Assembly: GCA_000934665.2 (NCBI GenBank)
Contig: KZ538926.1
Coordinates: 1 to 39,835, forward strand
DNA: 39,835 nt
Origin: Catajapyx aquilonaris
Taxonomy: Eukaryota
Direction: 5' to 3'
Shown: positions 39,079 to 39,835 of the stretch, piece by piece
How the letters are laid out: every line of letters begins with the position of its first letter
Numbering within the stretch: the stretch's first letter is position 1
The notes under the pieces: model-generated
What the model was told of the DNA's origin: nothing
Databases searched by the model: none
What the model saw: only the letters and a program-made list of their open reading frames with translations
Program-made: the position numbers and the translations under genes

Positions 39079-39428
39079 CTAAAAAAGACAATGAAATGGC
39101 AGTATTTAGAAATTCAAATAACTCTTGCAGACATGCATTCTTTGAAATGCAAATCTAGGTCACACTGCATGAGTAATAGTACAGATACAGTATATTTAAC
39201 CTGTAGAGGGTGATGAGCATCATATGAGGACCTGCAGATTTTTTAATTTGGCACGCTAAAATGTGCACAAAGAATCCGAACTTTGCAGGTCCAAATGAGG
39301 TTCACTATACTCCTGCCATCTCTTGGATGGTGACTAAACTACCATGACATACCCACAATCCACTGGGTGGGAGCCAAGCTGAGTTGAACACGCCACGTCA
39401 TCTTTCATGTAAACAAACGCCCTGACTA

Positions 39429-39596
39429 CAGGGTGGCCTGTAAAGTCTGTACCCTTGGGAGTTTCTCATAGGACAGTGTTGTGGTAATATTATGCAACCA
39501 TAATAACAGTTTTTATAGTGACTATGTAAACTTGTTAGGCCTATCAACGTTCTGAGAGCCAGACGATTCTTAAAAAATTATTTCTGGAACACCCTG
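39429..39596. mobile_element. Tc1/mariner-type MITE remnant
   Basis: TA+CAGGGTG ... CACCCTG+TA. Confidence 0.5.
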
Positions 39597-39835
39597 TAGA
39601 TGATTTTTTTCTGGCATTTTACATTCAAAAGGACCACCACGAATTAAAATGATTAATTTTGGCCCAAAGTTGTTATTCATTAATCACTGCTACATCGAAT
39701 TTTGCACAAAGAAAAAAAAAGCCACAAAAACAACATGAAACTTAGTCCTCAACCGGTTAAACCAGACAGGTAAAGGAGGGGAAACAAATTGGAAGGAAAG
39801 TCAGGAAGCAGGGAGAATGAGAGGAGGGGGAGGGA

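Noticed and set aside
39201..39231. Possible small upstream SMG1 exon (SSYDAHHPLQ)
   Set aside because: The donor phase fits, but the acceptor is weak, an in-frame stop lies just upstream, and I cannot confirm homology, so it was left out of the model.

Overview
Eukaryotic, intron-rich genomic DNA, most likely from an insect. There is one assembly gap at about 22043-22095. Three protein-coding genes lie in tandem on the minus strand. (1) A complete 8-coding-exon annexin B10-like gene, 3678-8698, about 320 aa. (2) A complete 8-coding-exon annexin B11-like gene (ANXA7/A11 type) with a long G/Y/P/Q-rich N-terminus, 13776-20809, about 567 aa. (3) The 3' part of the NMD kinase SMG1: ten traceable exons, 25826-39078, ending in the FATC domain; the gene continues beyond the window. 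Introns and intergenic DNA are packed with non-autonomous transposons: MITEs of Tc1/mariner/pogo, piggyBac, Kolobok and Harbinger type, Helitrons, and tRNA-derived SINEs. Most notable: a multi-layer TE nest in one SMG1 intron with most target-site duplications still readable, two frame-required GC-AG introns, a head-to-head chimeric Helitron palindrome next to the AnxB11 promoter, two abutting perfect hairpins, and a perfect CLEAR+CRE pair at a probable AnxB10 promoter. I found no prokaryotic-type system and no convincing novel protein-coding gene. Family assignments rest on motif recognition, not database searches.
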